From Chiloscyllium plagiosum (taxonomy: Eukaryota), in contig NC_057752.1 in the NCBI RefSeq assembly GCF_004010195.1, forward strand, positions 9,534,377 through 9,598,376: a DNA stretch of 64,000 nt, read 5' to 3'. Positions within the stretch are counted from its first letter, which is position 1, and every line of letters begins with the position of its first letter. The notes under the pieces were generated by a model. The model saw nothing but the letters and a program-made list of their open reading frames with translations, searched no databases and was not told the origin of the DNA. Position numbers and translations under genes: made by a program. This document shows positions 36,020 through 48,786 of the stretch, piece after piece.

Positions 36020-38577
36020 GATAGCATTACGGCTGTACTTGGGGAGGATATTCCAGGGGATATGTCCGTGGAAGTTATTTGGGTAGGACTGAGCAAGGGA
36101 TATTGGGCATTGTACTATAGATTCCTCAATAGTCATCAGGAAATTGAGAAACAAGTTTGTTAGGAGATCTCCATTATCTGTAAGAATAATAGGGTGGTTA
36201 TGGTAGGGGATTTTAACTTTCCAAACATAGTCTGGGACTGCTGTAGTGTTAAGAGCTTGGATGGAGAGGAATTTACTGTGTACAAGAAAATTTTGTTTCA
36301 GTATGTGAATGTACCTACTAAAAAAGTTGCAAAACTTGACCTACTCTTGGAAAATAAGACCGGACCTTAGTAACTGAGGTGTCAGTGAGGGAGCACTTTG
36401 GGGCCAGTTTTAAAATATTATATGAAAAAGGATTGAACTGATCAAAAAGTTGAAGTTCTAAATTAGAGAAAGGCCAATTTTGACGGTATTAGGCAAGAGC
36501 ATTCAATAATTGACTGGGGGTGGGTTTTTTTTTAGGGAAAGGGGCAGCTGGAAAATCGGAAGCCTTCAAAAGTAAGAGTTCAGAGACAGTACGTCCCTGT
36601 TACAGTGAAAGGCAAGGCTAGTAGGTGTAGGGAATGCTGGATCACTAGAGAAACTGAGTCTTTAGTCAAGAAAAAGAAGGAATCGTATGTCAGGTATAGA
36701 CAGCAGAGATCGAATGAATCCTTAAGGCGGTAGGAGTATATTTAAGAGGGAAATCAGGAGGACAAAAAGGTGACATGAGATAGCTTTGGCAAAAAGGGTT
36801 AAGGAGAATCCAAAGAGTTTTTACAAATACATTAAGGACAAAAGGGTAACTAGGGATAGAATAGGGCCCCTCAAAGATCAGCAAGGCCATTTATGTTGGA
36901 ACCGCAGGAGATGGGAGAGATACTAAATGAGTATTTTGCATCGGTATTCACTGAGAATGATATAGAAGGTAAAGAACATGGGGAAATAAATAGAGATATC
37001 TTGAAAAATGTCAGTATTACATAGGAGGTGGTGCTGGATGGCTTAAAACGCATAAAGATGGATAAAACCCCAGGACCTGATCAGGTGTACCCTAGAACTC
37101 TGGGAAGCTAGAGAAGTGATTTTTGGGCTCCTTGCATCGTTGATAGTCACAGGTAAGGTGCTGGAAGACTGCAGGTTGGCTAATGCGGTGCCACTGTCTA
37201 AGAAAGGTGGTAAGGACAAGCCAGGGAACTATAGACCAGTGAGCCTGACGTCGGTGATGGGCAAGTTGTTGGAGGGAAGCCACAAGGATGGGATTTACCT
37301 GGATTTGGAAAGGCAAGGACAGATTAGGGATAATCAGCATGGCTTTGTGCGTGGGAAATCATGTCTCACAAATGTGATTGGTTTTTGTTTTGAAGAACAA
37401 ACAGAGGTTTGAGGGCAGTGTGGTGGACATGACCTATATGGACTTCAATAAGGTATTCAGCAAGGTTCCTCATAGTAGACTGGTTAGCAAGGTTAGATCA
37501 GATGGAATACAGGGAGAACTAGCCATTTGGATACAGAACTGGCTCGAAGGTAGAAGAGAGGATGGTGATGGAGGGTTGCATTTCAGATGGAGGCCTGTGA
37601 CCAGTGGAGTGCCACAAGGATTGGTGCTGGGTCCACTGTTTTTTGTCATTTTATATAAATGATTTGGTTGTGAACATAGGCGATGTGGTGATGAAGTTTG
37701 GTAGATGACCCCAAAATCAGAGGTGCAGTACACAGCGAACGTTACCTCCAAGTACAATGGGATCTTGATCAGAGGATCTTGATCAGATGTGCCAGTGGGC
37801 TGAGGAGTGGCAGATGTTGCATTTTGGAAAGTGAAATCATGGCAGGACTTATACACTGGTAAGGTCCTAGGGAGTGTTGCTCATCAAACAGATCTTGGAG
37901 TGCAGGTTCATAGCTCCTTGAAAGTAGAGTCGCAGGTAGATAGGATAGTAAAGGAGGTCTTTTGTGTGCTTGCCTTTATTGGTCAGTGCATTGAGTATAG
38001 GAGTTGGGAGATCATGTTGTGGCTGTACAGAACATTTGGTTCGGCCACTTTTGGAACACTGCGTTCATTTCTGGTCTCCCTGCTGTAGGAACGATGTTTT
38101 AAAACTTGAAAGGGTTCAGAAAAGACTTACAAGGATGCTGCCAGGGTTGGAGGGCCTGAGCTACAGGGAGACACTGAATAGGCTGGGGCTATTTTCCTTG
38201 GAGTGTCAGAGGCTGAGGGGTGACCTTTTATAGAGGTTTATAAAATCATGAGGGGTAGAAGGTGAATAGATAAGGTCTTTTCCCTGGGATGGGGGTGGGG
38301 TCCAAATTTAGAGGGCATAGGTCCCTTTTTAAAATCTTTCCCCTCTCACCCTAAACCTAAGGGACAACGTCCTATGCAGAGGGTGGTATGTGTATGGAAT
38401 GTGCTGCCAGAGGAAGTGGTGGAGGCTAGTACAATTACAACATTAAAATCTGGAAGAGCTTAGAGGGATATTGGCCAAATGCTGGCAAATGGGACTAGAT
38501 TAATTTAGGATATCTGTTTGGTATGGACAAGTTGGACTGAAGGGTCTGTTTCCATGCTGTACATCTGACTCTGACTC
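36020..38577 (+). mobile_element. CR1/HER1-like LINE, about 2.5 kb (endonuclease to 3' tail), degenerate
   Basis: VVMVGDFNFP, KPGNYRPVSLTSVMGKLLE, TSGVPQGLVLGP and LERVQKRLTRMLPG. Tail (gactct)n. Confidence 0.92.
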
Positions 38578-38579
38578 TA

Positions 38580-39340
38580 AATGGAGTAGAATGTGGGAAA
38601 ATGTGAAGTTCTTCATTTTGGAAGTGAGACGAGAGTTTTTTTTTAAATTTAAATGCAGAAAACTGTAACACTTAGTGACTTGGGGTAGAAACTTGTGCAC
38701 GAAACACAGGCAGCAGGTGATCAGGAAAGCTCATGGAATGTTGGCCCTTATTTCAGGGGGGGGTTGGAGTATAAGATTAGGAAAGTTTTACTGAAACTGT
38801 AGATGGTGCTGGTGAGACCATATTTGGAGCACTGTGAGCAGTTATGGCCCCCTGATTTAAGGAAAGATATTTCATTGGAGACAGTTTAGAGAAGTTTCAC
38901 CTGTGGTGGGATTGTCTTATGAGCAAGAGTTCAACAGGTTGGGACTGTACTCATTGCAGTTTAGAAGAATGAGAGATGATCTCATTGAAACACATCAGAT
39001 TCTTATAGGGCTTGACAGGGTAAATGCGGAGAGGATGTTTCCCCTCGTGGGAGATTCTAGGACCAGAGGGCATAGTCTTAAAATGATGCCACCTTTTATT
39101 CTGAGACTGAGATGAGGAGGAATCTCTTCAGAGAGGTTGAGAGTCATTGGAACTCCTTACTGCAGAGAGCTATAGAAGCAGAATCGTTATGTATATTTAA
39201 GGCTGAGCTAGGTTCTTGAGCAGTCGGGGAATTGAGGATTACTAGGGGAGGAATGTCAGATCAGCCATGATCCTGTTGAATGGCAGAGCAGTCTTGAACC
39301 GAATGGCCTATTCCTGTTACTATTTGTTGTGGTCTTAGAG
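38580..39340 (+). mobile_element. Older CR1-like LINE 3' part
   Basis: LSYEQ..NRLGLYSLQFRRMRDDLIET and tail gaatggcctattcctg. Confidence 0.8.
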
Positions 39341-39817
39341 TGCAGACACAAGTTTGGTAATGGGGCAAGTGAGGAAACAAAAGATTGGTGTAGAGGAGGC
39401 ATAAATGGGAATTAACAACTATTGTCTGGAACAATGATATGACACGAGCGTATTGAATTCCAGGTTCTGAAGTGAAATGCCTAATTGAAAGCTTTAGTGC
39501 TATACCTCCAGCTCACATTGAGTTTCATTGAAACAGTGGCAGAGGAGAAAAATTGTAATCCGAGCAAAGAATTAAAATAAGTGACCAGAAGCTCTGGGTC
39601 AGATTTGTCAACTGGACAGAGGTGTTTTCAAGTGGTCACCCAATGTAAGTCTGTCCTCCCCATTATGGAGGAGACAATCTCGTGAACAACAAATGCAGTA
39701 TACTAAATTTAAAGACCTTTAAAGTGCTGTTTTCATCTGGAGTATTAGGGACACTGAGCAGCACTAGGGAAGGAGTTAAAAGGAGCAGTGTTGCATCACC
39801 ACTACTTGCATGGGGAC

Positions 39818-40217
39818 AAGTGATAAACACCAACTAGCAACAAAAAGACATGACCCTCTCTCTAGTATCCTCACATACAGATGAGGAAGGACACCACTTT
39901 GACTGGGACAACACATCCATCCTAGGACAAGCCAAACAAAGACATGCACGAGAATTCCGAGACGCATTGCACTCCAACTGGAACTCTATCAACAAACACA
40001 TCAAGTTAGACCCCATCTACCACCCCCTGAGAAAAGGAACAGGAAGTGACTTCACCACAGGAAATAACATCACCAACCCAAAGAAACCCAAACATGTAAA
40101 TAGAAAGCAGGAATTTTCAGCAGTGCTTCACCTGAGGTCCACTGAAGATATTACCTAGTAAGGTAACAAAACGTCTGGAAATGAACCTTTCAACTCAGCG
40201 AGCAAACCTACATCCAA
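39818..40217 (+). mobile_element. Penelope-like 3' fragment
   Basis: HTDEEGHHFDWDNTSILGQAKQRHAREF. Degenerate hammerhead at about 40142-40175. Confidence 0.85.
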
Positions 40218-40511
40218 AGCAAGTGAGGCTGTTGGTGGTGACAGGAATGCTGGGGCAATAGATGTGTTTGGTGGCTTTGTGCTGAAGATAATGCAAATGG
40301 AAGAGGATTGTCTGTGGCGTACGGGGGTTGCTAGGCTGGAAGGTAAAGATGAGAATCCTCTGCTTTGAGGAGATGAAGGGATGAGAGCAGAAGTTTGGGA
40401 ATTGAACATATGATAAAGGGCCAGGTCACATCTCTATTGAAGGAAGTGTTTTTGTTGGAAAGTATTTACATAAATGAAGGTTGATTTGTGATTTTTTTTT
40501 TCCACTTTCAG

Positions 40512-40668
40512 GATTTTAAAAACAACACTGTTTGAAAGTTGGGAGATCATTGGACCATATCCATCCTGGTGGTTCTTCAATTTCCTGCTGATTGTACTTC
40601 AGGTTCTACATGGCATCTGGTCATATCTCATTATACGCATCGCATATAAAGCTATTGTCAAGGGAAAA
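40512..40668 (+). CDS. CERS5: CERS5 penultimate coding exon ([52 protein letters not shown])
   Basis: Poly-T tract and ttcAG acceptor. The first G completes the split TGG codon. 157 nt, GTAAGT donor. Confidence 0.97.
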
Positions 40669-41629
40669 GTAAGTTTTTGAAAACTTTTGAAATAGACAAT
40701 GCTATGTTGTGCTGCCTCTACTCTGGTTCATTGAATCAAACTCCCATCAACAAGTTTGCTTTCAAGTGAGAAGGAGGACAAAAATGATTTGTTCGATTGG
40801 GTTCAGTGCAGATGTTTGTTTCTTTTTTTAAATTGAGGCTTTCTCTACAAACCCTGTTCACCTATAGCTGAATTAATAAACTATGAACTAGGGTAATGGC
40901 AGCCTGGTTAGAAACTGAATGTTGGGTGTTGCACTGTCCAAGGTGAAGAATATTGCTCTGTGAATTGACAAAGTTAACTCATTTTCAATTGTAGCCTCTT
41001 TGAGAAATCACTCCACTATTAGGTGATGCTGATCTACTTTTGTGCACCTTCTCGAGGCATTAGTTATTGTGGTGAAATCTGACTTCTTGCTGACCCAATT
41101 TTCATGCTGATTTAAGAGTATTTGATATAACTTTTCTTGACATTGGTACAAAATTTACCTTTAGCAGCCACACACCGTGTACATGCCAATGAAGCTGTTT
41201 TTCTGGGTGAAGTTAATACTGAGCAATGGACAATTTGAAGGCATGCACTCCATGTGAGACTTGATTGCTGTAATGAAATTTTGCCTTGAGTTTGGTTTCT
41301 CTCTTCTAAAGGATGTGCTTTGAATTTGTATGGAGAGATGGGAAGCAACATTTGAGGAAGATGCTAGGCAAGAATAACCTAGAGAAGTACTTCCCAAACT
41401 GTTTCCTAATATGACCCAATTGGGGGAAATAGTTTCTGCTGGAATTAAATCTATTGTAAACTCAAGTGGCTAAATTTTTCTTCAGTTACAATTGCATCAA
41501 AGATGGGGCTCTCTCCCACACTTGCTCTGCCTGCCCTTGTAATGGTTGGAAAGCAATTTTAATTTTCTAGCTTTCAATTATTTTGGTCCAATGTGGTGTA
41601 TTACCACAGAATTCGGTTTTGAATTTTAG

Positions 41630-42062
41630 CAGGTTCACTGTGGCATTTTTTTTCAACCATATAAGGTAATGTATTTGTGGAGTTTTTTTGCAGTGAAATG
41701 CAGGAGGTTGGTAAGCTGTAGAAAATGATCCTGATGAATGAATGAATGAATGAATTAGTAATACACCACCTGTGTTTTCAGATCCTGGTGCTGCAGCTGT
41801 TTCTTGGTGTTCTGTTTCTCCTGTGTCTCCATGTATGTGTATCCACTCCAGGTTCACTGTGGCATTTTTTTTTTCAACCATATAAGGTAATGTATTTGTG
41901 GAGTTTTTTTTGCAGTGAAATGCAGGAGGTTGGTAAGCTGTAGAAAATGATCCTGATGAATGAATGAATTAGTAATACACCACCTGTGTTTTCAGATCCT
42001 GGTGCTGCAGCTGTTTCTTGGTGTTCTGTTTCTCCTGTGTCTCCATGTATGTGTATCCACTC
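41630..42062. repeat. Tandem duplication of an approximately 215-219 bp unit
   Basis: Copies start at 41630 and 41849 (caggttcactgtggcatt...) and differ only in poly-T and (ATGA)n lengths. Confidence 0.95.
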
Positions 42063-45000
42063 AGACAGTCCAACTGAGCAAGAATTTCTTGACCAGCCTT
42101 TCTATGGTACAAGATTTGGTTTCATATTGTCTCTGTTTTTTCTCCCCTCCCCTCGCCCCTTATGTTTCATACTCTGTCTCTGTACGCCGGGAAGTCTGGG
42201 AAGTGGGACCTTTTGCTTGTAAGTGTTGCACCAGTTGGAGTCAGTAGTCCAACACTTTCCCTGATTTATCTCTGTCTGCAGCTACCTATGCTTTGCATGG
42301 TTTTATATCATCATTAGAATGCTCCACTTATCCATCATTTCCCCTTTTTCACTTTGCATGGTATTAACAACCTGAAATAAAGGCACCCTAACCAATTACC
42401 AATGTACTGTGCAATATAAGGAAGCTATTATTGCCAGTAAATAACTTTGTGTTCTCTGCCTCTGCTCTACCTCTGCCTCAACCAGCTGCCAGATATTCCA
42501 GCTCTAGACCATGAAAGGCACTGTCAATATACTCTCCTGCACAGGCTTTAACTGCAGGGGATGTTTTACTTGCTGGACTTGATCATCCATTTAACAAAGA
42601 ATTGATACTCTGTGATTTTCCCCTGGGTCTCCTAGTAATTCTGGTTGCTGGTGTGGTGTTTCAGGTTTGAACCTTGGTTTATGCTGTTATTGGTGTTTCA
42701 TTTGAGGCTCAAGTGAAGCAGTTCTGCTCAGTGAGCAGTGAAGGAAAGTTGGTATTCTTGAAGATGAACAACTTGAGAGGTGACCACAGCATTTAAAATG
42801 TTAGGATTGACTGGCGAAATGGGGTCATGCCTCTTCTGTTTAGAAAGTAGAACAAAAGGATCTTCGTATTTGAAGGAATCTGTTAAATGAATTTGTAGCA
42901 GGGTGAAGAGAGTATGAAAAGCGAAGCATGTCCCAGAAGACTACGTGAAGGATCGATTGTGAGCACTTGCCTAGAAGAAAGGCAGTGAGAGGGGGGATGC
43001 TGCTGATGAAAAGGGCAGGAGGTTGAAGAAAAGATTCTGCATCTGACAAAGTAAAGCCAAATGTTACCGTCAATCCCATCATTACATCACTAGGTTCAGT
43101 ATATTTAAGTTGTGGAGATCGCCAATGTAAAGGTGCAGAAATATATTCTGGAGTGTCGAAGCAAATAGGCACACAGAAGGTGGTGTAGGCCATTCAGCCC
43201 CTTGAGCCTGTTCCCAATTCGGTGAGATCGTGGCTGATCTGTGGCCTAGCGCCATATACCAGCCTTTAGCCCATATCCCTTAAATCTAAAAATAGATTTT
43301 TTTTTTGTTAAAGCTAACAACTGATTGTGCATTCATTGCTGTTTGTGGAAGAGGGTTCCAAACATCTAATGTTCTTGTGTATAGAATTTATAAATTGATT
43401 CTCTTTATTTTTGGTTCTTACAGCCACATCTTGGCAATTAGCTCTGTTCTGTCCCAAGTTGCACAGCACCTTCCAAACATGTGACCTGTGCCGTCTGGAA
43501 GGGCAAAATCTGTATGTGATTCCCCTCCAAGCCACTCACCGTCCTGATTTGGAAATATATTACTGTTGCTTCTGTTTCGCTTGGTCAGAGTCCTGGATTT
43601 CTTTTTCTATTGGCATTGTGGGTATACCTACAACTCTTGGACTGCAGTGGTTCAAGATGGCAGCTCACCAACCACTTCAAGGGGCAATTAGGGACACCCA
43701 TCCCATGTATGAACTTTGGGAATTAAACCCAAGATTTTGCTGTGATTTTTATTTCCAGTGACAATGGTACTGCTTTTGTTAAGACTCATGCACTGTTTCT
43801 TTATGTGTCAGTTATTTGTTTTGGTGTTGAAATGCTATTGTGCTGCCACCATTGGGTGGGATTTGCACAAATAGACATGAGCTGGTCAATGAACTGGTTT
43901 GCTGCTTTTAATTTTGCCAAAAGAAATTTTCTCCATAAAGCTCTGGGGAAAACTAAGGCTTCTGAAATTTTGTATCTTTTGAGGGTTTTTTTGGTATTTA
44001 AATGGGTTTATTCACCTGTAAACTTTAATTTTTCTGGTATCTGCTAAATGTTATTGCTAACAAGTGTGACATCGACATTTTTTCCCCCTATTTAAAATAA
44101 TATTTACTTCTGCCAGTCCAAATATTTACTGACTGGGTGGTAGAGAGAGAAAAATGTCCATGACTGTAATTTACCATTTTTTGTCTGAGGGGATGGGTCT
44201 CCCTTTTAATTAATTCCCAGATCCCTGGCTGCGTAGTCCAGGTGGATCAATAGCCCTAATCCCCCCCTCTCCTTTTGGATAGAGGGTGATAACAGTCCAG
44301 CTGTCAGAGGCTCAGAAGCTGCCATCTTGCTGGTCAAATGCGTCTACTCCTCATTCATAATGTTGTTCTTCATTCTGGACTCCATTTCTGAAACTTAAAA
44401 ATGCAAATTATACTGTATTCATGAATCAAACTCTGTAGCTCTTTGTAAAGAATGTTTTATTTCTAAAGGTGGATTATATCCCAGCTGTTGTCTGCCAGGG
44501 TTGCTCAGCTTCTGTCTTCAGTATTTTTCGACGTTGTTTTTATCTTATCAAATATAGTTTGGTGCTTGTTGCATGCCACATGCCTTTTTGGATGAGCAGA
44601 TTTGTGTGAAAGCCTTTTGGTAAATTGGTAGACTATTGGGTGTTGGGTATTTTGAGAATTCTTCCTGTAATTTAAAATTATCAAAAATTGTTATACATTG
44701 CATGCTTTACATTCAAAACAAACTTTGAATATTTATACATATTGATGGCAGCGTTTACCTCTGTCCTAAGCAATTGGGATTCAATTCATCCAAGTTCTTT
44801 CCTGAAATGTCCTTTTTTTTGTTTGAGTTGTGGTTTCCTGAGGAGGTGGGATTTGCGCCATTGTCTTTTATTTCATGGTTATTTAAAAGATAACAACATG
44901 GAGTTAAACTGTCGTGTGCTGCGAATAATTTCAATTTGGTACCAGCCAACTTGACGTGCATGTTTTAGAAGCAGGATTATTGAGAACGAAACTATTTATG

Positions 45001-45219
45001 TCAGTGGGGGAGGAACCATTGCCCAGAACCAGAACTTTTGCACTCTAGTTAGCTTTTAAAATGCAATTCTGGGGATGCTGACTCTGGAGTTTGATTTCTC
45101 CTTTGACTGGTTTTACAGCTCCACCCACTGAGTTATTTGGGAATTGCAGCAGTGAAGTTTTAAAATAAATTACCACAGCCATATAGTTCACTGTATCTGG
45201 TGCTCCTTATGTAGTCATC

Positions 45220-45800
45220 TCTACATCAGAGACACCAAACGTAAACTCGGGACACGTTTCATCGAGCATCTCAGCCGGGCCAGCAGGGGCTGACCTGTCA
45301 TTGTGTCCATTTTAATTCCCTTTTCCACTCCCTTTCCAACATGACCATCCTCGGCCTCCTCCATTGTCACAGCGAATCAGACCGCAGATTGGAGGAACAA
45401 CACCTCATCTACCGCCTGGACAGCCTGCACCCTGGAGGACTCAACATTTGAGTTCTCAGATTTCAAATATTCTCCCTTCCCATCCTCTGACTCCCTTTCC
45501 AGCCCCTCCTTCTTCTCCCTTCCAATCCTCTGACTGACCCTTCCTTCCAGCTACCAACTAGATTCATACCTCCCATCGACCTACCAGGTTGTACCCTCTA
45601 CTTGTCTTCACCTATACCCACCACCATCCTGCCCTCCAACCCCCTTTACCTGCAGCTCCCCCACCACACCCACCCCGAAGCCCTGAAGAAGGGTTACACC
45701 TGAAACGTTGACTTCTCTACCTCCTGATGCTGCCTGGCTTGCTGAGTTTTTCCAGCCTCTTGCTTGACCAACTTGGATTCCAGCATCTGCAGTCATTTTG
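45220..45800 (+). mobile_element. Penelope-like 3' fragment
   Basis: ETPNVNSG-like GIY-YIG start and ttggaggaacaacacctcatct. Hammerhead-like CTGAAGA-AGGGTTACACCT-GAAAC-GTT at 45683-45709. Confidence 0.75.
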
Positions 45801-46939
45801 TCTATATATTAGTCACAGCCCACCAACAGGCACCTCTCTACATTGCTTAAGAGTTTGCTGATTTTTCTGGAGCCTTATAACCTGAATTAAAGGGAATTTT
45901 GAGTTACAAACTGCTCACTGTCTCATGTTGCCGGAAAAAAAACTAAATATGACTTACAAGAACATCAGAGCCAGAAGTACAAATTGGCCATTCAGCTCGT
46001 TGTCTGCTGCACCATTGGCTAAGATCCTGGCTGATCTACCTTCACTCCCTTTTTCTGTACTGTCCCCATATCCCTGTAATTCTTTCAGACCCAAAAATCG
46101 ATTGATCTTTGTTTTGAGTGTGCTGAGCTATTGGTCAAAAACTCTAAAGATTCACAACTTTCTTCCCTTCAGTTTGAGATGTCTGACTGCTTAGTCTGGA
46201 GACAGAGGAGAGGTTATGCAAAAGGAAAAGGAAATATTCCCAGGGTGTATTGCACTGGGACCTCTGGCAGCTTGTTACAAAGTATCCCTGGCAGAAGTGC
46301 AGGCATAAGGCATCCCCTCCAGTCTTTGGCTGACATCTGCAGGGTGTGGGCGGATGAGTCACTTTCGACTTGACAGCCCTATGTCCGTGAGAGAGAGCAT
46401 TATGCCTTTGGGCCTTGGTGCCTGACGTGGTTGCTTTGCAACCACCAGCAATGGTTCAGGATCATTACCCTTGAGGGAAAGGGAGCAAAGTCAAAATTTA
46501 AAATGGAAACAGCTGTTGGAGTTTGAAGCCCTCTTTAGCAATGGAGAATTTGTGGTGCACTGGTAGTGTCCATACCCCTGGACCAGGATGCTTGGGTTCA
46601 AGTTCCACTCGCTCTATAGTTGTAACGTCTCTTCATTCAGGAAGATAGATCGTGAAAAAATGTATAAACTTTGCAAAATTTGGCAGCACAATTTGTCTCT
46701 CCCAGGGCATCAACAGTTCACTTCTCAATGAATGATTCGAAAGGAGCCGCAAGTTGACTGCTCTGGTGCCCAAATGTATTTAGTGGAAGAGTTCCCCTTT
46801 TTGTTTAAGGTGTTAGAATTGTGTTCACCATCCTATAGCCTAGTCAGAAAGCTAAAAGATGATTTTTGAGATGGTCTCACTATTGGTTTTTCTTCTTTCT
46901 GAATGCTGCACTTGAAAGAAATGTGTTAATTTTAATTAC

Positions 46940-47345
46940 CATCTCGAATGAGACAATCTAACCACTGCCCCATGCTATTCGTGGACATTACCATCACTGA
47001 ATTTCCCTGCTATCAACATCTTTGGTGTTACCGTTGACCAGAAACTCAACTGCGTAAACACTGGTTACTACAACAGGTCAGAGGCTAGGAATATTGCAGC
47101 AAGTAACTAACCTTCTGAAAACCACCTTTTCAAACACGTGACCACTTCCATCTAGAAAGACAAAGGTAGCAGATATGGGAGCACCACCACCTTCAAGTTC
47201 CCCTCCAAGCCACTCAGTTGGAAATATATCGCCGTTCTTTCACTGTCACTGTGGGACTGCAGTGGTTCAAGAAAACAGCACACCTTCTCGGGAGGCGGCG
47301 GCAACAAGGGACAGGCCAGCGATGCCCATGTCTCATTAATTATTT
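46940..47345 (+). mobile_element. LINE (CR1/L2 group) 3' fragment
   Basis: ttgaccagaaactcaactg, ttcaagttcccctccaagccac and gactgcagtggttcaag. Same family at about 43490-43710 and 57140-57870. Confidence 0.7.
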
Positions 47346-48615
47346 TCTTAAAGTTTTGTTTGTTGCATGTTTTATTAGAAGTCAGTTGCAGTGAGGGGGG
47401 CTGAATTAATGTTGAGAATAGCTCAGCTCTTTGAAGTAAGACTTGATAGCTCCTACAAGATTCCTTTGTCTCATCCGCACTTGCCAATTCCAACAGAAGA
47501 ATTACAAGTTGAACGTCAAAGTTTAATTTTGGTTTTCGGTTGTACAACGTTTTAAGGGTCCTATTAATGACCCTTTTAATTGACTTGTGGGTAGTTGTCA
47601 CTTCGTAGCATTTTGAGTTCGGACTCCAATTTCTTGTGCAATTACGTACAAAGACATTTCACCCTGTCCAAAAATTTTTTTCTTTCCCTTTTTTGGCTTT
47701 AACGACGTCACTTTGCATAGCTAACCTCTTGCAGACTGCTAACACGAGAATTCATGTAGTGATTTACTGACATGCTGCTTTTTTTTAATTAATCCATGGG
47801 TGGTGGTCTGGAGCTAATGGCTAGTTTCAAAGAGTGGATGCAAACCGCTTCAAAACTCATATTCCACTCTGCAGAGTTCCTGATCTCCGTCACAGCCTGA
47901 TGTGCAATCTCCACAGGCATCCACTGTCTTCTGCTTGGGCCTGACCGACCAAAGGAACTCTAAGAAGCATGGCAGCTTCTTATTTGTCAGCCCAGTTAAC
48001 CTGAGAAAAGCTCAGTTTTGCAGAAGTACATTAATGGAAATTAAATTTGCAGTTCTTGCCTTCTGAATTTAGCAGCTAGGCACTTGTGAAATCTGGGAAG
48101 TGGGAACTGAGGGGAAACCTTTTTCCTTATCAGTGTTGCGAGGTTTTATTTTATTTTATTTTTCTTCTGAAGTGAGCTTTGAGTTAAGTTGCCTGCCTTT
48201 TGAACTTTTGAAGGTTGTGAACCATTTCCAAGGACAAATGTCAACCTCCTTCATAATGCTGGTTCCATGAAGGGCCTTTCTTGTTTCTCTCTTCTGGGGA
48301 AGAAAACACCTCACTTTAAGTTTTGTTTAGCATCTTCCCAGCATGAACCCACTGCGATCAGAAACTCTGTCTTGTTAGAGAATTGATCCAGGCCACAACC
48401 TTGAGCCTGTGTGGTGCTGAAGCCAGGTAACCTAACACTCCACCTAACATCAATACTATTATCACTGTACCAAGTGGAGCAGCAGGCTTTTGAGTCAAAT
48501 GACAAGTTGTTTTTCATGATGCGCAATTCTAGTTTTGTAAATGACACTGATGGATGAAAAGGCAAAATGTGTACCTGCCTGTGTAAATGTTAATTCATTT
48601 TTCTCTCCACTCCAG

Positions 48616-48786
48616 GTCTCTAAGGATGATCGCAGTGACATTGAGAGTAGCTCCGACGATGATGATTCTATGACCAACGGCACGAGAAGTCATCAGCACA
48701 ATCCCTTGAAAGGAGCCAACAGTACGAATGGGACCAATGGCCACCTAACCACTGGAGCATGGGCAGGAGACCATGAGTTTGCATGA
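48616..48786 (+). CDS. CERS5: CERS5 terminal coding exon (VSKDDRSDIESSSDDDD...WAGDHEFA*)
   Basis: ctccactccAG acceptor, phase 0. Encodes the conserved DDRSDIESSSD acidic C-terminal motif. TGA at 48784-48786. Confidence 0.96.
   Translation, partial: VSKDDRSDIESSSDDDDSMTNGTRSHQHNPLKGANSTNGTNGHLTTGAWAGDHEFA

Noticed and set aside
48541..48615. Upstream ATG extension of the last CERS5 exon
   Set aside because: Intronic polypyrimidine tract and acceptor; homology starts at VSKDD.
9973..48786. Assignment as CERS6
   Set aside because: [34 protein letters not shown] and adjacency to COX14 all favour CERS5.
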